Origin: Antedon mediterranea
Taxonomy: Eukaryota > Animalia > Echinodermata
Direction of reading: 5' to 3'
Length of the DNA: 64,000 nucleotides
Assembly: GCF_964355755.1 (NCBI RefSeq)
Contig: NC_092675.1
Coordinates: 21,424,912 to 21,488,911, forward strand
The notes beneath the pieces were generated by a model. It was not told the DNA's origin. It ran no database searches and saw only the letters and a list, made by a program, of their open reading frames with translations. A program made the position numbers and the translations under genes. Shown one piece after another: positions 13,993-26,384 of the stretch (positions are counted from its first letter, which is position 1; each line of letters starts with the position of its first letter).

Positions 13993-14557
13993 TAACACTT
14001 CATTTTTAATCCAATTTATCTACAATCACTCTTTGAGAGTAATATTATAATTACACAACTCTTTTCTTACAGCTGTACAGAACATATACACCTTAACGTT
14101 TGGAAATGTACTGTACAATGAACTGGTAAACTAATTTATTGTAAATACAAATGTTTCTAAACAATAAAATCTTTGCCTTTCCATTAAATAAATATTGCAG
14201 GGTCAAAGATATTGTTTATACTTAAATTTAATTAATAAAATAATAATTTTAATGTAATATTGATTTACTTTGTGAATGCTATCAATTTACTCCCCATATG
14301 AGATTTAACATTTTTCATAATATTTCTTAACGTATTTCAAATTATATTTATATTAAGAAATTTTTGTTTAGTGACGACCAAAAACCTAACAAACTAGGTC
14401 AAGTCAATTGATGTGTGGACCTAAACTGTGTTGACGTGGGAGAGCAAGGAAACATTTCCTCGCATACCCACAACAAATTAACTACTTTGGTTGTCGAAAG
14501 CTTCTTAATGTCTAATGTCTGGCACAATGTAATATAAAAATAATAAAATCCCAACTA

Positions 14558-15614
14558 CTCTAGTAGCTAGATCAACTTTCGTATGCACTTTAAGGTCCAG
14601 AGAATTTGACTTCAGAAATTGGTTTAGGGTGGTCAAACAATCATTTTTGGCTTGGTTACACATTTTTAAAATGTGGCGAAAGGTCGAAAGGTCAAAAGGT
14701 CAAGGTGAAAGGTCATAAGACCAACCACCAATATGTCCTTAAATCTCAACAACCACTGGTCACAGCGAAGTAATTTTGGTCTCAAATTGATCAGAAGGTA
14801 TACATTTATATTCAGTCTAATGGGACATTTTAGTTAAAAATGACCGGAAATGCCATTTCTGACCTTTGACCCACAACCCAGGGCATGTATGTATCTCCGT
14901 AACTACTGGTTGTAGACACTTGAATTTGGTTTTAAATTGTTCGAAATATATATTTTGTTATTTGTTACACATTTTGAAAAATGTTACAAAAGGTCAAAGG
15001 GTCAAGGGTTATATGAACAAATAAATAAAGGTACTTGTATCTCGGCAACCACTGGTCGCAGCAAGTCAATTCGGTCTCAAAATGTTCAGAAGGCATGCAT
15101 TTATATTCCGTCTAATGGGGCATTTTTAGTAAACAATGATCAGAAATGCCATTTCTGACCTTTGACCCACATACCAGGGCATCTTCATATCTCTGTAAGT
15201 ACTGGTCGTAGAAACTTAAATTTGGTATCAAATTGTTCGAAATATACATATTTACATTCATTGTAATAGAAAATGTGGTTAAAAGATGAACAGAAAAACA
15301 TATCTCTACACAACTTATCCTTAGACAGTAATGTTATGCAATAACTGATACTTTTAATTGTTTCAATTTCAAGTACTAGTTATTGCTGTCCACGAGAACA
15401 TTTGATATAAACGTCAAGCTCAACAGTTCTTTTCAGAATGCTAGAAGTAACTTTCCATGTGTATCCGATTAAACGCCCCAGGTATTTTTTGTTCAAAAGG
15501 GTTTTTAACCAATAATCCAAGCCAATAATGATTGTTTGACCATCCTAAACCAATTTCTGAAGTCAAATTCTCTGGACCTCAAAGTGCATACGAAAGTTGA
15601 TCTAGCTACTAGAG
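14558..15614. mobile_element. 1057-bp non-autonomous DNA transposon with 98-bp TIRs and TA flanks
   Basis: 14558-14655 is the reverse complement of 15517-15614 (3 mismatches by eye); TA at 14556-57 and 15615-16; internal diverged ~200-bp duplication (14749-14950 vs 15046-15246). Confidence 0.9.
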
Positions 15615-15658
15615 TAAACAAAACATTTGTCAATTGGTCAAAATAAAAATATAGCAAA

Positions 15659-17137
15659 TTAATTTTTCTGTTTGTCTGATTCATGTAGTTTGGCATATGC
15701 TTGTTGTACCATTGTTTGGTTAATAGAATCTTTGAAAGCCAGCATTCCGAGTTGAATATGCGATGCTTCATTTAATGCTTTTGAATAGATACACATTCTA
15801 TACTGTTCCGCCGTCAAATCCGTATTGCACTTTTTCGGGTGGTAAATATGGAAAATTCCTGGATCTGGGACTCGTATTACTTTTAAACTTGATTGTAAAT
15901 ATCTACGATAAAGATGAACGTCTTCTCCACCCCATCCTTTTATGTCGAGGTCGAAACCTTTTATACGTCTGAAGTCGGATTTGTATTGGCAGGTCATACC
16001 GAACCCAAAGTCTCGCCAGAATCCCGACTCCTTACGTATATGATATTGTTGATCAAGCGGAGGTATATATTCGTGGTTAGCGTACACCACATTTGGATTA
16101 TATAAGCTAAAAACGATTGGGTAATAAACTGATTTCCCTGGTAATGTGTGATAACGACAATGTTCCAGGAATTCTGGAGTAAATGCTATGTCCACATCAC
16201 AGAAGAACATTAGAACATCTCCCCCTTCCCAATTATTCACCCCTTCCTGTAACCCAACCCCTCTTGAAAACTCTCCTTTCGCTGTAACAATCTGATAATT
16301 GTCAAATTGTGTTGCTTCGGTAAACCTATTAAGAATGTCTTTTACTTCTGCGAGTCCTTCAATACCGAAGTAAACAATTGTCATAAAAATATTTTTCTCG
16401 CCACCTTCTAAGATCACTCGTAACCTTTCAACAAACATCCTAAAATTGTCAACTCTTCCAGATAATGGAACAATTAAATAAATCATGACGCGACTTGTAT
16501 CCATGATTTTCACTTTTACTTTTTGTAATGGCGCAAACGGTCTGAGCACCTGCGTTGAGTGGTAGTTTCCATTGGAATGATCCCGGAATATTAAGTTATA
16601 GTAAGTACCAACCATTCGATCATTGCGGAATATTCCATCAACAAAATTATCTACGGAAAAATCTTTCTTAGATTTGCTCATTGAATTTAATGAATTAATA
16701 GCAAAATATACAGCTTCCACCAAATCTTCTTTCCTATCAGCTTTGGGGCGCTCAGAAGGTCTATGACTTAAGCCCCCACTCACACTGTACACAAGTTTTG
16801 TAGTTAAACTGCTATATGGTGAAACCTCATATTCATCTTTTAAAGCCCTGTTCACATTTACTTTTGCCATTTGCACTTTCAGATGATCACTGAGGATACG
16901 CTCTTCTGCATTTTCTTCGATTTTTTTATGATCCAACTCAGTTGCGAGTTTTTGATTGTGAGGTTCGTTAATTTCTTGTACCTTGTGTGCTTGCTTCATT
17001 AACTCGGCTTTCAGGTCAGTAATTTGATGTTTTAGTGCAGATATTTGCGTTTTATATTTCTCTTCCAGTTCGCTAAATGACGCTAAGCAGTCTTCCTTTC
17101 GATGCAAATCATAAATTTCAGCTGTTGCTGTATGGCC
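15659..17137 (-). CDS. CSGALNACT: Chondroitin sulfate N-acetylgalactosaminyltransferase, large terminal exon (stem and catalytic domain)
   Basis: Acceptor gttttttag at 17139-38, in frame with the 482-aa ORF. Coiled-coil stem, LIVPLSGR, FSRGVGL, FFCDVD (DxD), YYPIVFSLYNP, GFWRDFGFGMTCQYKSDF, GWGGED and CIYSKALNEASH motifs are characteristic of CSGALNACT1/2. Confidence 0.96.
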   Translation of the reverse strand, partial: GHTATAEIYDLHRKEDCLASFSELEEKYKTQISALKHQITDLKAELMKQAHKVQEINEPHNQKLATELDHKKIEENAEERILSDHLKVQMAKVNVNRALKDEYEVSPYSSLTTKLVYSVSGGLSHRPSERPKADRKEDLVEAVYFAINSLNSMSKSKKDFSVDNFVDGIFRNDRMVGTYYNLIFRDHSNGNYHSTQVLRPFAPLQKVKVKIMDTSRVMIYLIVPLSGRVDNFRMFVERLRVILEGGEKNIFMTIVYFGIEGLAEVKDILNRFTEATQFDNYQIVTAKGEFSRGVGLQEGVNNWEGGDVLMFFCDVDIAFTPEFLEHCRYHTLPGKSVYYPIVFSLYNPNVVYANHEYIPPLDQQYHIRKESGFWRDFGFGMTCQYKSDFRRIKGFDLDIKGWGGEDVHLYRRYLQSSLKVIRVPDPGIFHIYHPKKCNTDLTAEQYRMCIYSKALNEASHIQLGMLAFKDSINQTMVQQAYAKLHESDKQKN

Positions 17138-19312
17138 CTAAAAAACATAACAAAACCAATATTAGATACAATGCAAGCAAGCAAGTACTGTATGCTTTAA
17201 TTGTTCTACTGAATGGAGAGGGGGGGGGGAGGAGGTGTGATAATTCAAATTTAAATTTTTGTAAATTTTCAACCAAACCCAACTTACTAAATAAAATATT
17301 ATGGTATAAAGGTATGTGTACTATTTGCTTTAAAAAAAAAAAATAAAATGAAAAATAATATAAAACATATTTTTATGTTACCTTTAAAAAACGAGGCACA
17401 AAACTATTTAAAATGAGAGTGACAATAGTTTACTTATGTAAGCAACAAACTTTCTAAAACTTTATAGAAATTACCTGCATATCTCTATAACAGTTTATAG
17501 CCTACAAGTTAGATACAAACAGATTTTATTTCCTTAACAAATCGTTCAAGATAGACAACATCTTGATTTGATAATTACTTGAAAAACTACAGCCTTAATG
17601 GAAATTGCCAAAATCTTTCTAGGAATGAATAAAGTGAAAGCACTTTCTATTGGCAGAAATGAAAGACAAAAATCTTCATTGACATTTACTGTTTGACAAT
17701 ACGTACAAATTAGAAAAAAAAAGTCTGAAAGTTATCAATGTCATAAATGACATCGTAGAACATGAATTGTGCATGAAGACAATTAAGTAAATACCCTGTA
17801 TGATCCTTTTAATACATTTTTGACAGGTATGTTACTATATAATATAATTGTATTTGATTGATTTATTGATGTTTACAGGACTTGTTGTATATATACTAGC
17901 TTTTATAATCAAATAGATAGACATGTAGACATTAATGTATGAGTTTTTGAAATGTAGGCAATTAAGTATCTACTATGTGATCCATTTAATACATTTTTAC
18001 TTCGTTTGATTTAATAAATCTTTTGTATGGATAAAACAGGGTATTTCTTATATTTTGTTACATGTATTTCTACTAGTACATGAATTATGTTATGTGGTGG
18101 ATGGCCTATTAATTGGTGATCCTTAAAAGGCCTATACCCACTCTATGTATACCCGTCACATTTTGAAGCTAAGTTGAATTGAAATTTGTCCTGGGAAGAA
18201 TTTGTTTTAAAAAAAGAGTGTGGGGTGTTATTGAAGTGGGGTGTAGGTTGGTGAGTATAGGGAGATACTGGGGTCAGGTGTTATGTACTGAGAAGGCTTT
18301 TAACTAATTTTGAAATTACTGCTAGTGTACAGATACAGTAGTAGTTGTGTTAGGCCATTGCTGGAAAACAATATCTAACTTGTAGTCAAAGATACTTCTT
18401 GCATAAATTATACTAGAACAATTTAAACTGTATACTCTAAACATGGAATTTATAGGTCCATGCTCTAAAATAAAAATGTCAAATCAACCAATCAAATTGC
18501 TTAAAATCTCCTGTAAAATGATATTTCAATTTTAATCTTGCCATTCATATTGATCACCATTAGTTCAGATGTTAATAACAACTTTACAAATATTTCAAAG
18601 ATTTTAATTGAAAAAACTTATATATTACTTATTTTTGATTGTCAAAATTAATGGTTGTGGAAATGCCAATGACTGCACAAATTGTGAAATTCCAACAAAC
18701 AATCTAATAATATATTGTCAGTAATAATTATGTCGCCTAGAGCAAGTAGATTTTATGACGATAAGTAGTCATTAAAGTAAATGTCGACATAAACTTTATC
18801 AGCATTATAATAGCAATATATGATATTATGAGCCCTATGCAACAATAAAATATTTTAGTGTAAGACCAATCTTATATATTTTGTTCCAATGCAAATAACA
18901 GTTATATTGCTATAGAGGATTGCCATAGGCTAATCAATAAAAATGAATGCATCTTTTCAAAAAATTAATAATTGATTTAATAATTTGTTTAAAATGGAAA
19001 ATTAAATTTGAAATATTCTTACAAAATCTCTGAAATTAAAATGAGGAATTATTTTTTATATTATGGCACTGCAATTTCACATTGTATATAGGCCACCATA
19101 ACATGCTGGGATAATCTATAAATATGTTGTACCCAGCAGAGATGAACAGAACCAGGGAGATGTAAAGACAGAACTTACTCTGTGTTAAACTATAGAACGT
19201 CAGCAACTTTCTGAGTAAATTATATAATCTTATAAATCATATTTAACAATACAAATGTTTATGATGATATAGTAGAAACCCAATTAAAAAGACACATTCA
19301 GGATAAAAGAAA

Positions 19313-19703
19313 ATGTCCCCTTAATAGAGGTATCCATTGAATAGAGCTATATTGTTAAACCATGTCCCTGATATAGATGTCCCCTTAATAGAGGTATCCA
19401 TTGAATAGAGCTATATTGTTAAACCATGTCCCTGATATAGATGTCCCCTTAATAGAGGTATCCATTGAATAGAGCTATATTGTTAAACCATGTCCCTGAT
19501 ATAGATGTCCCCTTAATAGAGGTATCCATTGAATAGAGCTATATTGTTAAACCATGTCCCTGATATAGATGTCCCCTTAATAGAGGTATCCATTGAATAG
19601 AGCTATATTGTTAAACCATGTCCCTGATATAGATGTCCCCTTAATAGAGGTATCCATTGAATAGAGCTATATTGTTAAACCATGTCCCTGATATAGATGT
19701 CCC
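19313..19703. repeat. Tandem array, 64-bp unit x6, inside a CAGTAGAA/GGGGACAC MITE (19270-19729)
   Basis: Units start at 19313, 19377, 19441, 19505, 19569 and 19633 and look identical; bounded by tagtagaaacc and gagttccattg|ta ends. Confidence 0.95.
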
Positions 19704-19929
19704 ATAAATAGGAAAAATGAGTTCCATTGTACAATTATATAAATGTACAGTGTTTAATTCCTAGGAAAAAAGAAACATCTTGGTGTGCTAGTGCAAAGGT
19801 TGACAGTCTGTTTGACTTGTGTCTGTGAAAAAACATTGCAGAAATTGGTACCACCAGCATGTACTATATGATGGGATAGTCTTTAGAGATGTTTGGATAT
19901 TTTACTTATTATTAATAATGGTTACAAAC

Positions 19930-20070
19930 CTGATGATGTCTTGTCTGTATTGGTAACTTGCCGTTGATTGTGCCATTTGTGCAGCTCTCAAAGTTGATCA
20001 GAAAGAGGAGAAAACCCATGCAGAAAGCTATACCAAGCTTGACGCACACTTTCATAGATGGTAAGCGCAT
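19930..20070 (-). CDS. CSGALNACT: CSGALNACT first coding exon (cytoplasmic tail and type II signal-anchor)
   Basis: MRLPSMKVCVKLGIAFCMGFLLFLINFESCTNGTINGKLPIQTRHHQ ends at CAG|gtttgt (phase 0), in frame with 17137. Exon acceptor ttttgtatag at 20132-31. Joined protein is about 539 aa. Confidence 0.85.
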
Positions 20071-21590
20071 CTTGCCTCCATTAACACTAAGCAAAGAAGG
20101 TCAGCAAAATTTGGGTCACTTCAACATTACCTATACAAAATAGATTAATTTATATAGTCATATAAATCCAAAGGCAACTTACTGAAAAAATGACAATGGG
20201 TATCAGTGGCTGGATCTCAATGGAGATACAAAAAAAAAGCTAAAAGTTAAATCAAAACAATAAAGTAAAACAGCCAGGAAAAGTCATGTATATATATATA
20301 CTGTAATATTAGGTGTTCTGCTTCTATATGATTATTATTTTATACAAAACCCTAATAAACACAAAAACATGTTACTTCAAATAAGGCCATTGAAAATCGA
20401 ATATTAGCATAAATTCATTCTTAAAAATTATCAAATAAAATGTGACTCTTCATTGGCATATAAAAAATCTTTTGTCTTGCAATAATAAAATGCAAATATA
20501 ATTTTAATGTTATTGTTATACATACTGTAACATGTAATATGTTAATCTTAATAATAAAATTATTCAAAATATCGTGAAACAAATGAGTGTATCTAGGGTA
20601 AAACAACGATATTTACTGTTGTCATGGCAACCATATCCTATAATGTCATCCACTAGACACAATTAAAACCTCTCATTCTCGGAGTAAAATACAGAAAGCA
20701 TCTCTGCTTTTAATAACCACATAAAACTAAGTGATAAAACGAACACAATATTGACATGTCCCGCCACACACAACATAAAATCACATCATTATTGTATTCT
20801 TTTTAATTAAATGCAAAAATGACAATTAGGCCTACCTTTTTAAATTGATTAAATTTGTTTGTATAATGTGCTATGAATTATGTAAATGATAAAATATGTA
20901 TACAAATAATATTATAAAAACGGGCGTATTCCCCAAAAATACCAACAGAGAGGGTACAATGTCTGCCTCTTTGTCCGGGGTGGTTTTAATGTAGTTTTAA
21001 ATCTTTCCAGTCCATTTTGACGGTCTCATGTTACAGAAACATGAGAAATAATTTTGCCTAATACATTAGATCCAAGATGGTATATAATGGTCAAATGTCA
21101 TAAAAACCATCTCAGTACAATTGCAGTCATTCATTTTGATACCCCATGTGTATGGATGAGTGTAGTAGAAAAAATGTGCTAACAAAAAATCTTACCAACT
21201 CTCTTTATTAATATAGATCAGATGATCATATTGGCCTAGAGAAAATAAGCAAATATAATGCATATATACACAAGGGCTCCAAGGGAAAACATAAGCCAAG
21301 TATTATAGATTCTGTAGTACAAAACATTATACAGCTACCAGCTTTCCACAGAAGCTGAACAAATAATTACATTCAATATTAATTGCACTTTATAGTGTGA
21401 AAACACAATTAATCCGGAATATTGTCAAGCTGATTAAATAATTAACTTACCAATCAATTTGCAAATCAGTATTCACTCAGTACCAGTACATTTTGATCTG
21501 CGACTGGTATTATTAAACACAGAGTATAATAATAAGAATATTTTTAGTTTCTTCCCAACACAAGTATGGAAAAAGAAACCATGTTAAGCA

Positions 21591-21825
21591 TTGATTTGAT
21601 TTATTTCAGCATCATAAAAACAATTACAGATAAAATACTATGAATATATACAGAAAACAAGTATCAAAACATCAATAACATACAGGGATGCCAAGGAAAA
21701 CCCATAAAAGCCGTGAAAGGACTGGTTTCCAATTGGGGTTCTTTTGAGAAAAAAGTCAAGAAAGCCAAACAACAACAAAGCCAACACAATTTACTTCAGT
21801 CTTAAATGTATTAAATAAGTCTCAT
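21591..21825 (-). mobile_element. LINE 3' UTR remnant (L2/CR1-like)
   Basis: Minus strand ends gatgctgaaataaatcaaatcaa (short-repeat tail), preceded by an attggaaaccagtcc...ggttttccttggcatcc segment of the kind seen in L2/CR1 3' UTRs. Confidence 0.45.
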
Positions 21826-23778
21826 GGGACACTTATGCAGTGGTGCTATTTTTACTATGTGAAATCCTGAGTTGTAATCAAGATTTAACAGCCCTATTTC
21901 AAGTACTTGCCTTTTCTACAATTCCACAAAAATTCACCATTTAATTCTCCAATAAAGATAACTATTTACAATTGCTTTATTGACTCCAATATTCAATTTG
22001 TTTTAAAATTTAAAATACGGTACTGAGAAAATTATTATTCTTTCTGATGTCAGCCACACTTGTTTCTCACTGATGAGATGTTATCAGCCTAAAAGTACAA
22101 CACACGGTTTCCTGTGGTTAGATAACTACTCCTTTGTTAAATGCACAATACAGTAATTGTATTTCTAAAATAATTGTATTTCCTTAAACAATGATTTACT
22201 TTCAGCAAATTGTGATAACACTTTATACTTAGAATACAATATATATTTAAAAAATATTTTTTAAAAATTGATTTTCGGAACAAACAAACAATGACAACAA
22301 ATATTTAAACAGTTTCACAAATTTTTCTATAAAATACAGTCAAAAGAAATATCACATGTCTAAAATTCCAAACTTTTTGACAAATCTAGATCGCGATTTT
22401 GCGTTCTAATTTCCGGTAATTTTCTCTGCTATTCCTATTATCTGCATCCTCATCAAAATCATATCATTTATTCACAGGTGTGCAATCTGTTACCTGTTCA
22501 CTCAATGAACGCATCGCTATTGAGAACAATTTAGTATTCGCCGATCGTAAAATACAAGCGTATATCTAACACCATGGCTGATTGATAGCACGGTAAGAAA
22601 CATTGCCATCAATAAGCATGAGAGGAAAAGAGTTGAATGATATATAGTCAGGTATATTCAGATTGGTTTAAACATATCTAGTACAACAAATTTCACAGTA
22701 TGCAAAATGTATTAATAGGCCAATAAACATTAACATCTTTATTTTTACTGTACACGTTGCTATAAAATAAGTTTCTTTTAATCATTGCGTAAATAATGAA
22801 TAAAATCATTATTTTAGATAACTCTTATATACAGAACAAATTATTTTAGATTAGTTTTTGCTCCTTACTTTATCAAATTTTACCTCCAATGTCAAACAAA
22901 CCAACTTTAATTTGTATTTGCACATACAAATTGCACGAATCTCGACATTCAATCTTTCCTTTCAATTTTGTAATTATTCTACAAGAAAATGATCCGCATA
23001 TAACACAAACAAGACTGGTCAGTTAATATTTATTTACCAGGAAAAACATAGCCAAAACTGTACTGTATTGCTATACAATCTATTGCACATACCAACAGTA
23101 GTGTTGGTAGTCAATATGAGTGCCACTTTACCTGGAGAACAATAGCAATTTTCGGTTTGCCAGGTAAGATTAGGAATAAGATAACGGGTACAAAAAAAGA
23201 CAATGTTATAGCAAAAACAATCTTTCAACTCCGAAGTTAGATCAATAATCAATTATTGCTATCTATCTATATTCAATTGAAAATGTTTCCTGTTTTCAGT
23301 TCTAAAATAACTTTTACACAATCAAAGAAGAAAGGCAAACTTTTATTTTTTCATTATGATAAAGTTTATAGTCTTCATTCTTTATTTCTGACCTACTTTT
23401 TGGAATATATTTTATAAATAAAAATAGTTGAATGCTGTAATTAATTTGGAATTGCTTTGGAAAAGGTTAATGGGTTTATTCATCCAGGTTTAGATTCATA
23501 ACACGTTTTCAATTTATAACTTTATATAAAATTTCCATTAGCTTACTTTATTTTGCAATTAATGTAGACAAAATAATGACTTTTTTAATCAAAACTTATA
23601 ATGTGTAAATTAAAATAATAATTGAACTTGCTGTATGCTTCATTTAAAGTATCAACTTGAATGATTGGTTCCCAACACAAGGACATACTAACAGACACAA
23701 TGTTTGAAAGTGATTTTACCAATGACTTGTAGGTGTGGGTTAAAAAAGGCCTTAAAATAAAAACAATCTAGACTTGGT

Positions 23779-23972
23779 AAAGGGTCTTTCATACCTGTTC
23801 CGGTACGGTTCCTGTCCAGTGCCTGCAAATCCAATCGAATATTAATGTTTCGTTTTTATGCGGCTATGCGCAAAGTGATTGGCGCATAGCCGGGTGCAGC
23901 TTCGTGAAAACGAAACATTGGTGTTCGATTCGCCGTACCGGAACCATGCCGGAACAGGTGTGAAAGACCCTT
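23779..23972. mobile_element. Fold-back MITE (194 bp)
   Basis: aagggtctttcatacctgttccgg ... ccggaacaggtgtgaaagaccctt TIRs, nested inner inverted arms (aatgtttcgtttt/aaaacgaaacatt; cggctatgcgc/gcgcatagccg), TA flanks. Confidence 0.85.
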
Positions 23973-25863
23973 TAATTTTGTACTGTGAGTATCCAACTCA
24001 GTGTCGTAAAAGGCGGTTTTAGACCAGAAAGGCGAGTACACCTTACATAATAAAACCAAACTGTGGGTCTGAACAGGGGCTTACTCTAGCTCTAATCAAC
24101 ATGTTCATGTAAATTCATTAGTGATTTTAGTCATGTTTCAGATAGATATTCAAGTCACACTTTCCATATATTTATTCGTATTTCTAAGTTAATCAATTCT
24201 ATGTGTTAATGCTGGCAAACTGTGCAAATGAGGATATCTATTATATTAGGAAATGTATCCAATTTTCTGTGTTAAATATTGATTTATTCTTGCTTTATTG
24301 GTGTCATGATTGTCGTCATCCGTCTTCTTCGTAATTCAACTATTTCAGCGTTAGCGTTGATGATAGAAGCCTTCTGTGACAGTTTAAGAGGTTCTTGATA
24401 TACTGCTCATTTAGGATCTTAAAACTATAATGAAACAGAATCACACCTAAAGCTATGTGCATAAATTGATTTTTACACAGATATAAACTGCTCAAGGACT
24501 GGGTCAAGCATAGCTGCTTACAATGTTAGCTTAAAGTAATATTGTTTAGGATTTTAGAATAATATTGTATATACTTGCTAAGATACAGTGCTTTTGCAAA
24601 AGTTAAATTTGTTTTATTAAAATTGTCAATTCTATTATGGTGTTAAAATAATATTGTTTGTTCAAGATGATGATGATGGTGATGGTGGTTAATTATTTCA
24701 GAAAAGCGTTGCAACTAGATTTCAGCTTGCACATAGCATCATGTTTGTCAAAATGTTTTCTTTCTAAGAATATTTAACCGAAAAAAATCTACAATCTAGA
24801 CTAAAAATGATTACACTAGATTTTAGTATCCAACACAAATTGAGTGTAAATTGTCAAGATGTTTTGCTTAATAACTTTTGGCAACATGAACCCCTATCTA
24901 AATATTCACCCTGAAGGATGAGGTATTTTTTTTTAATCACATGTTGCAAATAAGTACTTAATACAGAGTTCCTATGTTAGGCTTAATAAATTGTATGCAA
25001 AGGATTTTTAAACTAAATTTCATTATTCCTGATGGGGTATGAAATGCAGGATCATTGTGCATTTCATGAATGTAATCCCAAGTGCATGCAAAAGCATGTC
25101 GAAAATGCATTGTCTTGTTTATTTATTTGTAGTTTTCCAATTTAAAATAAAAAATACATGGTCACAATAATCAACTTATTTGACTATTTTTAAATCAATA
25201 ATAATCCTTTAACTAATCCCCTACTATACCAGGGATTACAAAAATGTAGATGATCTACTTTCAGAGGGCTTGAAATATAATTTTCAATAAAACAATAAAA
25301 ACATTTGTTGGCATAATTTGAAGCCACCGATTACCATTCACTGAAGCTGGCATACCTGTATTCCATCATTGTTTTATAAACGAGAATACTTCATCAGTTA
25401 ATTATTTATCATACCGTACAAGGACAATTTTAATAGTTTAATGTTTCAAACGTGATATGATGTATAGTTTAAAATAATGTGATTCTTCATAAAGGTGTAA
25501 AATTGTTCAATAATTTATATTTCACTTCACAATTCAGCAGAAATTAATTTTCTAAAAATTGCAGCAAACAATTTTATACAATACAATCAATACAAACTAT
25601 TAATGTTATATGAATTATAATATATGTATACTTTTCCAATATTATATGTATAATTTTTCTCATGTTTTTTGTGATGCTTTTTATCAAAGCGAAGAAATAA
25701 ACAGTTTTATTATATAAGTGGGAAGATGTTTGCCAAACTCTGACGTAATTGTACCAAATCAAGACATTTGAGAATACTTTGAAAATTGTTCTACAGTCGC
25801 AAGTTGTTCCCAACTGAGAACACTTGCAAATTAATTTTGCAAGTATTTGGTAAAAATCATTTA

Positions 25864-26012
25864 AAGCTTGGCCCACTAGAACGTAACGCAAGGACGTAAA
25901 CGCACTGCAAGCGTTTTAACCAATCACAAGCGAATAAGCCATCGCTTGTGATTGGTCAATTCACTTGCGTTGCGTTACGTCCTTGTGTTGCGTCGCTAGT
26001 GGGAACCACGCT
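25864..26012. mobile_element. MITE family B (AAGCxTGGTTCCCACTAG TIR), internally deleted copy
   Basis: Reverse complement of the 37232 copy except for small deletions, including the segment between the two acaagcgaa repeats. Confidence 0.88.
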
Positions 26013-26177
26013 TTAGTGTCGGGTAAATATCTTTACAAATGATTTTCACAGTACAAAAATTAATTTATTATTGCTTCTTTGGCTATAAATCTATAGGGCT
26101 AGCAATTATACTTTTCTAAATTGATAAAGATCAGGTATTCCAATTTATCAAAGGAATTATTTTTAGTACTATTATTA

Positions 26178-26322
26178 AGCTCTGTCTACACTATCAAACT
26201 TTATGTGACAAAAAAATGTGATGTGCCCATATATGGACATGATGATGTTATATCACTACCATACTTAAGTATAGCAATACCACATTTTTTTGACACACAA
26301 GTTTGATAGTGTAGACAAGGCA
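26178..26322. mobile_element. MITE family A, copy 3
   Basis: agctctgtctacactatcaaact ... agtttgatagtgtagacaaggca with TTA on both flanks. Confidence 0.85.
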
Positions 26323-26384
26323 TTATAAATACAGTGACATGTCACATGTAAAAATATGCCATCACATTTGTCACATATTCATAT

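Noticed and set aside
19313-19703. 64-bp period resembling CRISPR repeat plus spacer
   Set aside because: The whole unit is repeated identically, with no variable spacer.
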